Source: Hydrogenophaga sp. (GTDB lineage Bacteria; Pseudomonadota; Gammaproteobacteria; Burkholderiales; Burkholderiaceae_C). From it: 64,000 nt of DNA. Of the stretch, positions 27,316 to 43,746 are shown piece by piece. A program made the translations under genes and the position numbers. Positions within the stretch are counted from its first letter, which is position 1. Each line of letters begins with the position of its first letter. The stretch lies in NCBI RefSeq assembly GCF_011390835.1, contig NZ_JAABRQ010000018.1:20255-84254 (forward strand), read 5' to 3'. Under the pieces are notes generated by a model. The model saw only the letters and a program-made list of their open reading frames with translations. It was not told where the DNA came from and did no database searches.

Positions 27316-28443
27316 TCACCAGACTGGTTCCAGCCGGATGTCCTTGGGCAGTTCACGCTGGATCACCGGCACCAGGTACAACCGGCCGAAGGTGAAAAAC
27401 GCGCGCACCGCGCAGCTGGCTCGCTGCACCGCACCCACCATGCCACCGCGTTCGCGCGCCCTGTCGTTTTCCAGCGAGATCGCCAGCAGGCGGTCCATGC
27501 AGCGGCGGAACACCGGGTGGTCGATGTCGACCTCGACCGGGAACACCTGGCGGCAGATGTCGCTGGTAATGCGGAAAACCGCGTAATCGTATTCGGTGGA
27601 CTCGAAACCCATGGCCTCGTGCAGCATCGGCCGCGTGTGGTCGCGCACGTACATGGTGGCGTAGACCGCGAGGATGAAGAAGCGGATCCAGAGCTTGTTG
27701 ACACCAGTCAGCAGGTGAGGCTGGGCGCGCATCATGAGCGCAAACGATTCGCCATGGCGGAATTCGTCGTTGCACCAGCGCTCGAACCAGCGAAAGATCG
27801 GGTGAAAACGTTTGTCGGGATGACGTTCGAGCTGGCGGAAGATAGTGATGTAACGTGCGTAGCCAATCTTCTCGCTCAGGTAGGTGGCGTAGAAGATGTA
27901 CTTGGGTTTGAAGTAGGTGTAGGCCTTGGTCTTGCGCAGTGCGCCGAGGTCGATGCCGAGACCGAAATCCTTGAGCGACTGGTTGATGAAGCCAGCGTGA
28001 CGCGATTCGTCGCGCGCCATGTAGGCCATCAGCTGTTTGATGTCGGGGTTGCTGATGTTCTTGCGGATCTCGTTGTAGAGGATACAGCCGGAGAACTCGG
28101 AAGTGCAGGAGCTGATGAGGAAATCGAGAAACTCCTTTCGCAATTCGGGCGAGAGCTGGGGCACGAGGACCTTGAGCTCCTCGGCAAACGCAGCATCGCG
28201 CTTGAAGTGGTCCTGGTTGTTGTCGCCCTCGTACTCGGCCATCATCTTGTCCCACTCGGCACGTACCGGCGTGACGTCGAGCGCGTCCATGGCCTTGAAA
28301 TCGGTGGTGTAGAAGCGCGGCGTGAGCATGGTGTCTTGCGCGGCGCGGGCGGTGGAATCCTTGGTGGCGTCCATCGAGTCCATCAGCAGAGCCACATGGT
28401 CGGTCTGGGTGTCGGTGCGGGCGGTATCGAGAACTGGGTTCAT
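27316..28443 (-). CDS. acsF: O2-dependent Mg-protoporphyrin IX monomethyl ester cyclase
   Basis: [53 protein letters not shown] di-iron motifs. Confidence 0.97.
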   Translation of the reverse strand: MNPVLDTARTDTQTDHVALLMDSMDATKDSTARAAQDTMLTPRFYTTDFKAMDALDVTPVRAEWDKMMAEYEGDNNQDHFKRDAAFAEELKVLVPQLSPELRKEFLDFLISSCTSEFSGCILYNEIRKNISNPDIKQLMAYMARDESRHAGFINQSLKDFGLGIDLGALRKTKAYTYFKPKYIFYATYLSEKIGYARYITIFRQLERHPDKRFHPIFRWFERWCNDEFRHGESFALMMRAQPHLLTGVNKLWIRFFILAVYATMYVRDHTRPMLHEAMGFESTEYDYAVFRITSDICRQVFPVEVDIDHPVFRRCMDRLLAISLENDRARERGGMVGAVQRASCAVRAFFTFGRLYLVPVIQRELPKDIRLEPVW

Positions 28444-28910
28444 GGCTTCACTCCTTGGGTGGGTTGGGCCCAGCGCAGCTGGCTGAAGACCGCGGCGTTG
28501 GTCGGGCCGAAGGATTCGAGGTTGATGCGCTCGCCGGTGGCGGTGTCACGCAAAGTGACGCGGCCGTCCACATGGCCGATCAGTTCAAACGGGGCTTCAG
28601 GGCCAAGCTGACGAGTTGCCCGCTCGCGCGCCAGGGCACGCAGGCTGCCCCGAACAAAACCTTGCTCGCCCTTGAACCGCGCCACCTCCTGGCCGCTGGC
28701 GGCGTCAATCGCGGCCACATCGCCGTTGGGGCGGTCTTCAAAGCGCAGGGTCTGCTGCCAGGCGACAGCAGGGGTCTCACTGGCAATCACGCCACCGCTG
28801 ACATGGCGCTCCCAGGCCACGCCAGCCAGCGTGGACACCAGCACCGCGCCAATCAGCCAGATCGGCCAAGGGGTTCCCGTGCCGAGCGGCGCGGAGTATT
28901 GCGCGCTCAT
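28440..28910 (-). CDS. puhC: Photosynthetic complex assembly protein PuhC
   Basis: [34 protein letters not shown]. Confidence 0.92.
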   Translation of the reverse strand: MSAQYSAPLGTGTPWPIWLIGAVLVSTLAGVAWERHVSGGVIASETPAVAWQQTLRFEDRPNGDVAAIDAASGQEVARFKGEQGFVRGSLRALARERATRQLGPEAPFELIGHVDGRVTLRDTATGERINLESFGPTNAAVFSQLRWAQPTQGVKP

Positions 28911-29599
28911 ACCGCCGCCGTGTGGTGAGGCATGGACGGATCACGCACCGCACGCACCCGAACCGGCAACGGCATGTCCACCCCAGCAGCCTCTGCACCC
29001 ACAACCACTTGCTCGGTCGGGTTGGCCAGCTGCCAGGCGGTCTGCAGGCGAGCGGCCACCGCCGCGGCGTCCGGCAAACAACGCAGGCTGGGCTCGGGTC
29101 GCTTGAGCTGCCAGGGGCGCGCGTGGGGCCAGAGGTTGAGCCAGGCGATGCGGTCTTCGCCTTTGAGGGCGATTGCGATGTCGCCCTGGCCGTCAGCGTA
29201 GGGCTTGATCGAGGCGCCCGCGATCTGCCTGAGCGGCAGGTTGAAGGTCAGCGTGAGCACGATGCCGACGCGCATGATGACGCGGCGGTCGGTGAGGCTG
29301 TAGAGCGTGGTGCGCGCCGAGAACCAAGCGGTAAGACATAGCAGGCCGAGAGCCAGCGAAGCCATCACGACACTGGTGAGCAACGGGCGCAGGAGCGCCG
29401 CCTGTGGGTCGCCCAGCAGGTACAACCATTGCACCGCCAGCATGGCGACGAAGTACAGCGCCAGCTTGCGAACATGGAAGGCGTGCAGCGCCAGCTGCAC
29501 CCAGTTGGGACTGCCTTGCCACAACAGGCGCTCACCCTTCGGTAGCGGCTCGGGCAAGCCGGGGGCTGCCTCGAACTCATGTTCGTGGTGCGCGTTCAT
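28907..29599 (-). CDS. puhB: Photosynthetic complex assembly protein PuhB
   Basis: HEFEAAPGLPE.LP.GE.LLWQG.P, YSLTDRRVIMRVG, LWPHARPW..PEPSLR. Confidence 0.93.
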   Translation of the reverse strand: MNAHHEHEFEAAPGLPEPLPKGERLLWQGSPNWVQLALHAFHVRKLALYFVAMLAVQWLYLLGDPQAALLRPLLTSVVMASLALGLLCLTAWFSARTTLYSLTDRRVIMRVGIVLTLTFNLPLRQIAGASIKPYADGQGDIAIALKGEDRIAWLNLWPHARPWQLKRPEPSLRCLPDAAAVAARLQTAWQLANPTEQVVVGAEAAGVDMPLPVRVRAVRDPSMPHHTAAV

Positions 29600-30354
29600 A
29601 CCAGCGGCTCCTGGCGATCGGGTGTGGCGTACAGCAGGCCGGCGCCAAAGTAAGCCATGATCTTTTCTTCTTCCAGCAGCGTGATCTGGTTGGGTGTGCG
29701 CACCCCGGGCACGTTGACGAACTGCTCGGCCAGCAAGGCGTGCACGTAGATGCCGCTCTTCTTGATGCGCGCGAAGTTCATCGGCAGCAGCACCGAACGG
29801 CCGCTCGGCAGATCGAGCTCAATGTAGCGGAACATCATCTCCGAGCGGTCAACCCACAGGTCTTTGACCGTACCGGCCACCTCGCCATCGGCACCGAACA
29901 CCGACAGGCCCCGCGGGTCGGTGTCCTGCACCGCCACGCCGTGGTCATCGGCCACGCGCAGCGGCACGATCTTGGGCTCACCCTCAAAGGTCATGTCGGG
30001 ATGGTCAGCCCGCGCGGCCCAGGCGCCAGGACCCACACCGGCCAGCAGCGGATCGCCCACTGGCTCCAACGGTGCACCGATCCAACCGTGGCTGGGCTGA
30101 CCGTGGTAAGTGCCATCGACGCGGTTCGGGTCGGGGCTGAGCATCTCGCGGCCATCGGCCAGCTTGTAAGTCTTGGACTCGACCGACGGCCAGCCATCGA
30201 TCTTGGGGCCGTTCTCGCGACCGGGGTCCATCGGGTAACCCTCGCGGTGGCTTTCGCGCTGCAGGTAATAAATGAGGCCAAAAAAGAAGGCCCAGAACGC
30301 GTACAGCACGAGCTGTGCGACGTCGACATACTGGGTGATGGCGCCTGTTTCCAT
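29596..30354 (-). CDS. puhA: Reaction centre H subunit
   Basis: GAITQYVDVAQLVLYAFW, LQRESHREGYP, GDPLLAGVGPG, DLWVDRSE, TLLEEEKI..YFGAG. Confidence 0.97.
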   Translation of the reverse strand: METGAITQYVDVAQLVLYAFWAFFFGLIYYLQRESHREGYPMDPGRENGPKIDGWPSVESKTYKLADGREMLSPDPNRVDGTYHGQPSHGWIGAPLEPVGDPLLAGVGPGAWAARADHPDMTFEGEPKIVPLRVADDHGVAVQDTDPRGLSVFGADGEVAGTVKDLWVDRSEMMFRYIELDLPSGRSVLLPMNFARIKKSGIYVHALLAEQFVNVPGVRTPNQITLLEEEKIMAYFGAGLLYATPDRQEPLV

Positions 30355-30409
30355 GGTGATACTCCTTCGGTGGGTACGGGGCTCGGTGATGGGGAGAAAT
30401 AGAGATGGC

Positions 30410-31843
30410 TCAGCCGGGCAGTTCGGCCAGGCCGATGGGTTGCGCGGATCGGGACGGTGCCGAACCGCTGCGCCGGACCAGCGGGCCCAGTGCAATCAGC
30501 ACGACAAAGAGCAAATAGATTTCCAGGTGGAACACGAAGCTGTAGCCGGTGACGGGTGAGTTCAGCACCTCACCCAGCCAGCCGCCCGTGGCCAGGGCCG
30601 AGACGGCATCGCGCAGCACGCCGCCCAACGCCATAGACACGCCAGCGGCGGTCGCTTGCACTGCGCCCCAGGCCCCCAGCACCAGGCCGGTGAGTTCACG
30701 CTCGGGAAAGGCCATGGCGGTCAGCAACATGCCGACCGAAAACAGGCCACCGGAAAATCCGATCAGCGCAGCGCCGATCTGGAACATCAGAGGCGAGGCC
30801 ATTGGCGCCGAAAAGATCACCAGGGCAAACGCGGGCAAACCCAGCAAGGCACCGATGGCGGCGAGGCGGATGGTGTCCAGCCCCTTACCCAAGATGCGGG
30901 CCGACAGCGCAAATGCGAGCAAGGCGCCGCCCGCGCTCATGGCGGTAAGTGCGCTGGTGAGTCCCACGTTCATGCCCAGCACCTGGCCGCCATAGGGTTC
31001 CAGAACCACGTCCTGCATGCTGAACGCCACCGTGCCCAGACCCACGGTCCATAGAAAGCGGCGAATCTTGGGCATGGCCATCAGCCGAGCCCAGCTCTGG
31101 CTGAAGCCATTGGCCGCGCGCGCACCGCGCCTGGCCCGCCGCGGCTCCTGCTTCCAGAGCGAGGTGATGTTGAGCACCGCCACCAGCACCGCAGCGCCCT
31201 GCACCACCTGAACCAGGCGCGTGGGGCTGAAGTCTTGCAGTACCCAGCCCAGCAGGCCGCTGCCCAGGATCATGCCCACCAGCAGCGTGCCGTACAGGAG
31301 CGCCACGACACGAGGGCGCTTGTCTTCCGCCGAGATGTCGCTGGCCAGGGCCAGGCCGGCAGTCTGGGTGATCTGCATGCCCGCACCGACCAGCAGAAAG
31401 GCCAGCGCGGCGCCCACACGACCAGCCCAGACTTCCATGCCATGCCCGGCGGGCAGTGAAAGCAGCAGCAAGGCAAAAGGCATGATGGCCAGGCCACCAA
31501 ACATGAGCAGAGTGCCGATCCACATGTAGGGCATACGCTTGAGGCCCAGGGCCGAGGGGTGCGTGTCGCTGCGGTAGCCAATGAGAGCGCGCAGCGGTGC
31601 GAACACCAGCGGCAACGCCACCGACAGCGCGACCCACCAAGCGGGAACCCCGAGCTCCACGATCATTACGCGGTTGAGCGTGCCCACCAGCAGGGCCATG
31701 GTCATGCCGATGGACAGTTGGAACAGGGAGAGGCGAAGCAGCCGACCCAAGGGCAGTTCGCTCGACGCAGCGTCGGCAAACGGCACATAGCGCTGGGTGA
31801 TTTTCATCGCCCAGGCGGGTGAGAGCAGCTTGGTTAGGTTCAC
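30410..31843 (-). CDS. lhaA: LH1 assembly MFS protein LhaA (PucC family)
   Basis: PFADAAS.ELPLGRLLRLSLFQ, GTLNRVMIVEL; GTG start overlaps bchM stop, with GGGAG SD. Confidence 0.92.
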   Translation of the reverse strand: MNLTKLLSPAWAMKITQRYVPFADAASSELPLGRLLRLSLFQLSIGMTMALLVGTLNRVMIVELGVPAWWVALSVALPLVFAPLRALIGYRSDTHPSALGLKRMPYMWIGTLLMFGGLAIMPFALLLLSLPAGHGMEVWAGRVGAALAFLLVGAGMQITQTAGLALASDISAEDKRPRVVALLYGTLLVGMILGSGLLGWVLQDFSPTRLVQVVQGAAVLVAVLNITSLWKQEPRRARRGARAANGFSQSWARLMAMPKIRRFLWTVGLGTVAFSMQDVVLEPYGGQVLGMNVGLTSALTAMSAGGALLAFALSARILGKGLDTIRLAAIGALLGLPAFALVIFSAPMASPLMFQIGAALIGFSGGLFSVGMLLTAMAFPERELTGLVLGAWGAVQATAAGVSMALGGVLRDAVSALATGGWLGEVLNSPVTGYSFVFHLEIYLLFVVLIALGPLVRRSGSAPSRSAQPIGLAELPG

Positions 31844-32553
31844 CGCGTCCACTCCCAGGCCTGTGAGGTGTAGAAGCCGCTGGCCACTCGCTCGCATCGG
31901 CGTTCACTCCAACCATCGGACCCGATACCGCGCAGCAGCCCCAGGCGCAACACCGACTGCGACACCGGCGTGAGCGCCGGAGAACGGTCGGTCCGCGGAA
32001 ACCAGCGCCCCACGCTGTGCATGGCAGCCAGCAGCGGCGTGCGCGGCGCAAAGGTGAACAGCATGCTGCTGCGCGTGCGTTGCGAAAGGCGCTGCAAGGC
32101 CTGCGTGATATCGGGCGTGTCGTAGTGGATCAAGGAATCCATCGCCACCACGTGATCAAAGTGCCCCAGCGCATCGTCCAGCATGTCGCCAGACAGGAAC
32201 TGCACGCTGCCACCGCTGCCGTTGGGGGCGAGCGTGGTGCTGCGGTCGCGGGCGAGTTGCACCAGCGTGGGCGAGAGGTCGATAGCGACCACCTCGGCGC
32301 CGCGCTGCATGGCTTCCATAGCCAGCGCGCCGGTGCCGCAACCAGCATCCAGCAAGCGCAGGCCGCGCATGTCAGCCGGCAGCCATCCCAGCAAGGTGTC
32401 GCGCATCTGGTCGCGTCCAGCGCGCACCGAGGCGCGGATGCGGCCGACCGGCGCGGTGGAGGTCAGGCGCTCCCAGGCTTGCGCAGCGGTGCGATCGAAA
32501 TAGTTTTCGATCTCGGAGCGCCGCTCCAGGTAGTTGGCGTTTGAAGTTTTCAT
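31840..32553 (-). CDS. bchM: Mg-protoporphyrin IX O-methyltransferase
   Basis: YFDRTA..AW..LTS, LLDAGCGTG, AMDSLIHY, GFYTSQA. Confidence 0.95.
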   Translation of the reverse strand: MKTSNANYLERRSEIENYFDRTAAQAWERLTSTAPVGRIRASVRAGRDQMRDTLLGWLPADMRGLRLLDAGCGTGALAMEAMQRGAEVVAIDLSPTLVQLARDRSTTLAPNGSGGSVQFLSGDMLDDALGHFDHVVAMDSLIHYDTPDITQALQRLSQRTRSSMLFTFAPRTPLLAAMHSVGRWFPRTDRSPALTPVSQSVLRLGLLRGIGSDGWSERRCERVASGFYTSQAWEWTR

Positions 32554-32566
32554 CTGTGTGTCCCGA

Positions 32567-37321
<4,755 letters not shown>

Positions 37322-37347
<26 letters not shown>

Positions 37348-38938
37348 CGTAGAGGGTCTCTAACGTGATGACGGGCAGGCCCTTGTCCCTGGCGTAGTGC
37401 TCTGTGTTGCGGCGGGCCTTGCCGCGAACAAAAAATGGAATCTTGCGCAGTTCTTTTTCGGCGTCGGCCGACCAAGTGGCCACCGCTTGCGCCGAGCTGC
37501 TGGCTGCGGCGGCAATGGCCTGATCGGCCTCTGCGGTGGCAAGCTCATCTGGCGCATCGATAGCCTCATCCACTGTCACCTGGACCCCTGCGGCGGGCCG
37601 GGACACCGAGCCACCCAGGTGCGACGGCGCGGCATCTTCGTGGAACTCTGCATCGCCACGGAACATACCGATCAGGTGCTCTTCCAAGCCCATCATGAGC
37701 GGGTGCACCCAGGTGTCGAACAGCACGTTGGCGCCCTCAAAACCCATCTGGGGTGAATAGCGCGCCGGAAAATCCTGCACATGCACCGGGGCCGAAATCA
37801 CCGCGCAGGGAATGCCCAGGCGCTTGGCGATGTGGCGCTCCATCTGCGTGCCCAGCACCAGCTCGGGCTGCAGCTCGGCGATGCGCGCTTCCACGTCCAG
37901 GTAGTCGTCACAGATCAGGGCCTCGACGCCGTACAGCTTGGCCGCCTCGCGCACCTCGCGTGCAAACTCGCGGCTGTAGGTGCCAAGGCCAACCACCGTG
38001 AAGCCCATCTCGTCCTGCGCGATGCGCGCGGCGGCCACCACATGGGTGGCATCGCCAAACACGAAAACACGCTTGCTGGTGAGGTAGGTCGAATCGACCG
38101 AGCGTGCATACCACGGGGCGCGGGCGTCGGCACAGGCCAGCACCGGCTCGGGATTCACGTCTGCTAGCGCCGCCACTTCGCGGATGAAGTCGAGCGTGGC
38201 ACCGGTGCCGATGGGCACGGTTCGGGTGGCGGGCTGACCAAAGGTTCGCTGCAACCAGCCGGCTGCCACGCTGGCGATTTCGGGGTAGAGCACGACGTTG
38301 AAGTCGGCATCGCCCAGGCGCGCGAGGTCGGCAGGCGTGGCGCCCTGCGGGGCCACCACGTTGATGTCCACCCCCAGCTGCGTCAGCAGACCGGTGACTT
38401 CGCGCAGGTCATCCCGGTGGCGAAATCCCAGCGCGGTCGGGCCCAGGATGTTGCAGCGGGCGCGCTGGCCGGGTTCGCGTGACGCGCGCTTCACCGAGTT
38501 GTCGGCGAGGTGGCGCACAAGTTGATAAAAGGTTTCCGCCGCGCCCCAGTTTTCCTTGCGCTGGTACGAAGGCAGCTCCAGCGGCACCACGGGCACCGGC
38601 AGGTCCAGCGCCTTGCACAGGCCACCCGGATCGTCCTGGATCAACTCGGCGGTGCAAGAAGCGCCGACGATCATGGCCTGCGGCTGGAATCGCTCAAAGG
38701 CTTCTTTGGCGGCGTTCTTGAACAGCTCGGCCGTGTCGCCCCCCAGGTCGCGCGCCTGGAAGGTGGTGTAGGTGACCGGCGGGCGTTTGGCGTCGCGCTG
38801 GATCATGGTGAACAGCAGATCGGCGTAGGTATCGCCCTGGGGCGCGTGCAACACGTAGTGCACGCCTTGCATCGCCGTGGCCACGCGCATGGCGCCCACG
38901 TGGGGCGGTCCTTCGTAGGTCCAGAGCGTGAGTTGCAT
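37322..38938 (-). CDS. bchB: Dark-operative protochlorophyllide reductase subunit B
   Basis: [43 protein letters not shown]. Confidence 0.97.
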
Positions 38939-38941
38939 GGC

Positions 38942-40797
<1,856 letters not shown>

Positions 40798-40829
40798 CTG
40801 GCGGGTCTCCTTGGTTCTTGCTGGAGGCC

Positions 40830-40908
40830 AATTTAGAGCTTCCCGAGGAAAGTGTCAACTTTTATTGACGTATATTTTTATTGACAATTTCGGCCGCCAT
40901 AGTAAAGT
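40830..40908. promoter_or_regulatory. Divergent bchF / aerR-ppsR promoter region with overlapping PpsR boxes
   Basis: TGTCAACTTTTATTGACG (40853-70) and CGTATATTTTTATTGACA (40869-86), one mismatch each; minus-strand TTGACA-N17-TAAATT toward bchF; plus-strand TTGACA(40881-86)-N16-TAAAGT. Confidence 0.75.
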
Positions 40909-41119
40909 TTTCTGTACGGGCAAATTGAATTGCTTTGACGGGTTGGGTTGACACAGGTAAAACCTCTTCTGGGTAGTCAGCACATCTGGGCAAGACTTCA
41001 GCGCTGCTCTCCAGGAATTTCGTTACGCAAACCATCTGATGGCGTAAGAAAGCACCGGCAATGACCGTGGCCCATGCGTGAATCGGCACAAGCGCACAAG
41101 CGCAAAGGAGACACGGAAC

Positions 41120-42058
41120 ATGGGGTCTATCTCGAGGCATTCCTCACCTCAACCCGAAGACACACCACTCGCTGCCACCAACGAACGGGCCGGCGATGGC
41201 CCCGCCTCAACCGGTCCGCCCGTCATCGGCGACCTGCTTCGATCCGATAGCGAAGAAGCCTCCAACGACGACGGCTTGCGTGCCGTGTTGCTGGCCAAAG
41301 CGGTCGAGTACGAAATCATTCCGCGCCTGATGCTGGCTCACCGCGTGCCTCAGGAATGCGCCGAACATCCGCTCACCACCAACCAGCGTGTCACGCCCGA
41401 AGACGTGGCCCTGTTCGCAGAGCTGGTGCTGCACGAAGAAGACAACGTGGTGCGCGACTGCGTGATCGCGCTGCGCGACCGGGGTGTTCCGGTCGAGGCG
41501 ATCTTCCTCGACCTGCTGGCTCCCGTGGCCCGACACCTGGGCGAAATGTGGGAGCGTGACCTCTGCACCTTTACCGAGGTGACGGTGGGTCTGGGCCGGC
41601 TGCAGAAGGTGCTGCGTGAAAACAGCGCGTCCTTTGGACAGTTCAATGGCTCGCACCACAGCGCAGAAGGCCGGCGCATCCTGCTCATGCCTTGCCCGGG
41701 CGAGCAGCACACATTTGGCCTGTCGCTTGTGGCGGAGTTTTTCCACCGTGCTGGCTGGGACGTGGTGACCAGCTTTCTTGCCACCGATGCCGCGGCCATC
41801 ATGGTCAAGAAAGACTGGTACGACGTGGTCGGCTTTTCGCTCGGTGCTGTGGGCGGCGCACCCAAACTGTCAGCCGCTATCAACCTCGTGCGGGAGGTCA
41901 GCGTCAATCCCCAGATTTCTATCATTTGCGGCGGTCCCGCCTTCCTGCTGCAGCCGGAAGTAGGGGCCACGGTGCAGGCCGACGCCATCATCACCGATGG
42001 TCCCCGGGCACCGGTACAGGCGGAAAAACTGGTGTCAGACAGTCATTTACGTATATAA
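41120..42058 (+). CDS. aerR: Cobalamin-binding antirepressor AerR/PpaA
   Basis: YEIIPRL, FLDLLAPVARHLGEMW, PGEQHTFGL (ExHxxG B12 motif); upstream of ppsR; AAGGAG SD. Confidence 0.92.
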   Translation: MGSISRHSSPQPEDTPLAATNERAGDGPASTGPPVIGDLLRSDSEEASNDDGLRAVLLAKAVEYEIIPRLMLAHRVPQECAEHPLTTNQRVTPEDVALFAELVLHEEDNVVRDCVIALRDRGVPVEAIFLDLLAPVARHLGEMWERDLCTFTEVTVGLGRLQKVLRENSASFGQFNGSHHSAEGRRILLMPCPGEQHTFGLSLVAEFFHRAGWDVVTSFLATDAAAIMVKKDWYDVVGFSLGAVGGAPKLSAAINLVREVSVNPQISIICGGPAFLLQPEVGATVQADAIITDGPRAPVQAEKLVSDSHLRI

Positions 42059-42118
42059 GCATAGAAAGTTTGTTCTGTTGACACTCACCAAACCCCGCCC
42101 TTACCCAGAAAGCACTCC

Positions 42119-43582
42119 ATGACGCAGGCTCTGCCCGTCTCGGCCCAGCGGCGTTTCAATATGCCAGGGCAATTCCTTGGCCAGTTGAGCGCCGATGTCG
42201 CTGCTGAATTGATCACCGCATCGGCCGATGTGGTGCTGATCCTGGACGCGCAAGGCGTGATCCGGGACATTTCCCTTGCCAATGACGAACTCGTCACCGC
42301 CGGTTGCGGAGCATGGGTAGGCCAGCGCTGGACCGACACCGTGAACGACGAGAGCCACAGCAAGATCGAGGCCCTGCTCAAGGGCCGCGGTGAGCCGACC
42401 AGCGATGGCGTGCGGTGGCGTCATGTGAACCACATCCTCAGAGATGGCGGCGAACTGCCACTGTCTTACGCCCTGGTGCCGGTCAGCCGCGCCGACGATG
42501 ATGGCCAAGCCAGCCATTCGGTGGCTTTTGGCCGTGACTTGCGTCCTCAAGTGGCGCTGCAGCAGCGCCTGGTCAATGCTCAGCAGTCCATGGAGCGCGA
42601 CTACTGGCGGCTTCGTCAGGTCGAGACCCGCTACCGCCTGCTGTTCCAGATGGCCTCCGAGCCCGTGCTCATTTTGGAGGGCTCGATCGACAAGCTGGAA
42701 GAAGCCAACCCGGCGGCTTACGAGCTGTTCGGCGAGCGCGCTCAAGTATCGGGCTGGACGCTGAATCAGAGCCTGGAACCTGCCAGCCAGCAGGTCGTTC
42801 GCGATCTGCTGGAAAGGCTGCGGGCCAGCGGCAGGGCCGAGCCCGTCATGGTTCGCTTGGTGGATGGGGTGGAGGACTTGGTCCTGTCGGCTTCGCAATT
42901 CCGGCAGGAGAACTCCCAGCATTTTCTGCTGCGCTTTTCCAAGCCCCAGGACGCCACTCCCACGAGCGCCTCCCGCGCACGCCAGCTGCTGCTGCAGGTG
43001 ATGGAGGGCGCGCCCGATGCGCTCGTGGTCACAGACCCCGAAGGCCGCGTGCTCAGCGCCAACCGCGCGTTTCTCGATCTGGGCCAACTCGGCAGCGAAG
43101 ACCAGGCGCGTGGCGAACTGCTCGACAAGTGGCTGGGGCGCACCGGGGTGGATTTCCGGGTGCTGCTGTCCAACCTGCGTCAGCATGGTGCGGTGCGCCT
43201 GTTCGCCACGCAGCTGCGCGGCGAGTATGGCTCGACGGCGGAGGTGGAAATCTCCGCGGTCGCGGTGAACACGGGCAGCCAGCGCTGCCTGGGCTTCACC
43301 ATCCGCGACATGGGGCGCCGGCTGGTCAACGAAGGCCGTTTGGCCAAGGAACTGCCGCGCTCGGCCAGCCAGATGACCGAGCTGGTGGGCCGCCTGCCAC
43401 TCAAGGATATCGTGCGCGAGACCACCGACTTGATCGAGCAGCTGTGCATCGAGGCCGCCCTTGAACTCACCGGCGACAACCGCGCCTCGGCAGCTGAAAT
43501 GCTGGGCCTTTCGCGTCAGAGCCTCTATATCAAGCTGCGCCGATTCGGCATCCTTGAGGGCACGAGCGAAGACGTGCACTGA
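42119..43582 (+). CDS. ppsR: Photosystem repressor PpsR/CrtJ
   Basis: Three PAS domains, QSMERDYWRLRQ.ETRYR linker, IEQLCIEAAL, AAEMLGLSRQSLYIKLRRFG HTH. Confidence 0.96.
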   Translation: MTQALPVSAQRRFNMPGQFLGQLSADVAAELITASADVVLILDAQGVIRDISLANDELVTAGCGAWVGQRWTDTVNDESHSKIEALLKGRGEPTSDGVRWRHVNHILRDGGELPLSYALVPVSRADDDGQASHSVAFGRDLRPQVALQQRLVNAQQSMERDYWRLRQVETRYRLLFQMASEPVLILEGSIDKLEEANPAAYELFGERAQVSGWTLNQSLEPASQQVVRDLLERLRASGRAEPVMVRLVDGVEDLVLSASQFRQENSQHFLLRFSKPQDATPTSASRARQLLLQVMEGAPDALVVTDPEGRVLSANRAFLDLGQLGSEDQARGELLDKWLGRTGVDFRVLLSNLRQHGAVRLFATQLRGEYGSTAEVEISAVAVNTGSQRCLGFTIRDMGRRLVNEGRLAKELPRSASQMTELVGRLPLKDIVRETTDLIEQLCIEAALELTGDNRASAAEMLGLSRQSLYIKLRRFGILEGTSEDVH

Positions 43583-43605
43583 GTCCGCCCGCTCGCTCAA
43601 ACGCC

Positions 43606-43635
43606 TTCCGCCAGCTTGTCTGGCGGAACCTTTTT
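43606..43635 (+). terminator. Rho-independent terminator after ppsR
   Basis: TTCCGCCAG-CTTGT-CTGGCGGAA followed by CCTTTTT. Confidence 0.75.
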
Positions 43636-43698
43636 GGGCTGGTCCCACGACGAGGTCTTGAGCATGCGCGCGCAAGCCCTTGTTGCCTCGCTGGTGAC

Positions 43699-43739
43699 TG
43701 TCATATTTAATTGACACTCCAATGTGTAAGGTGTACAAC
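43699..43739 (+). promoter_or_regulatory. bchG promoter with a PpsR box
   Basis: TGTCATATTTAATTGACA (43699-43716) exact; TTGACA(43711-16)-N17-TACAAC(43734-39). Confidence 0.8.
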
Positions 43740-43746
43740 CTTGCGC

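Noticed and set aside
43723-43742. Second PpsR box at bchG
   Set aside because: Only TGT-N12-ACC (6-bp spacing) or a half-site at 8-bp spacing; not counted as a full box.
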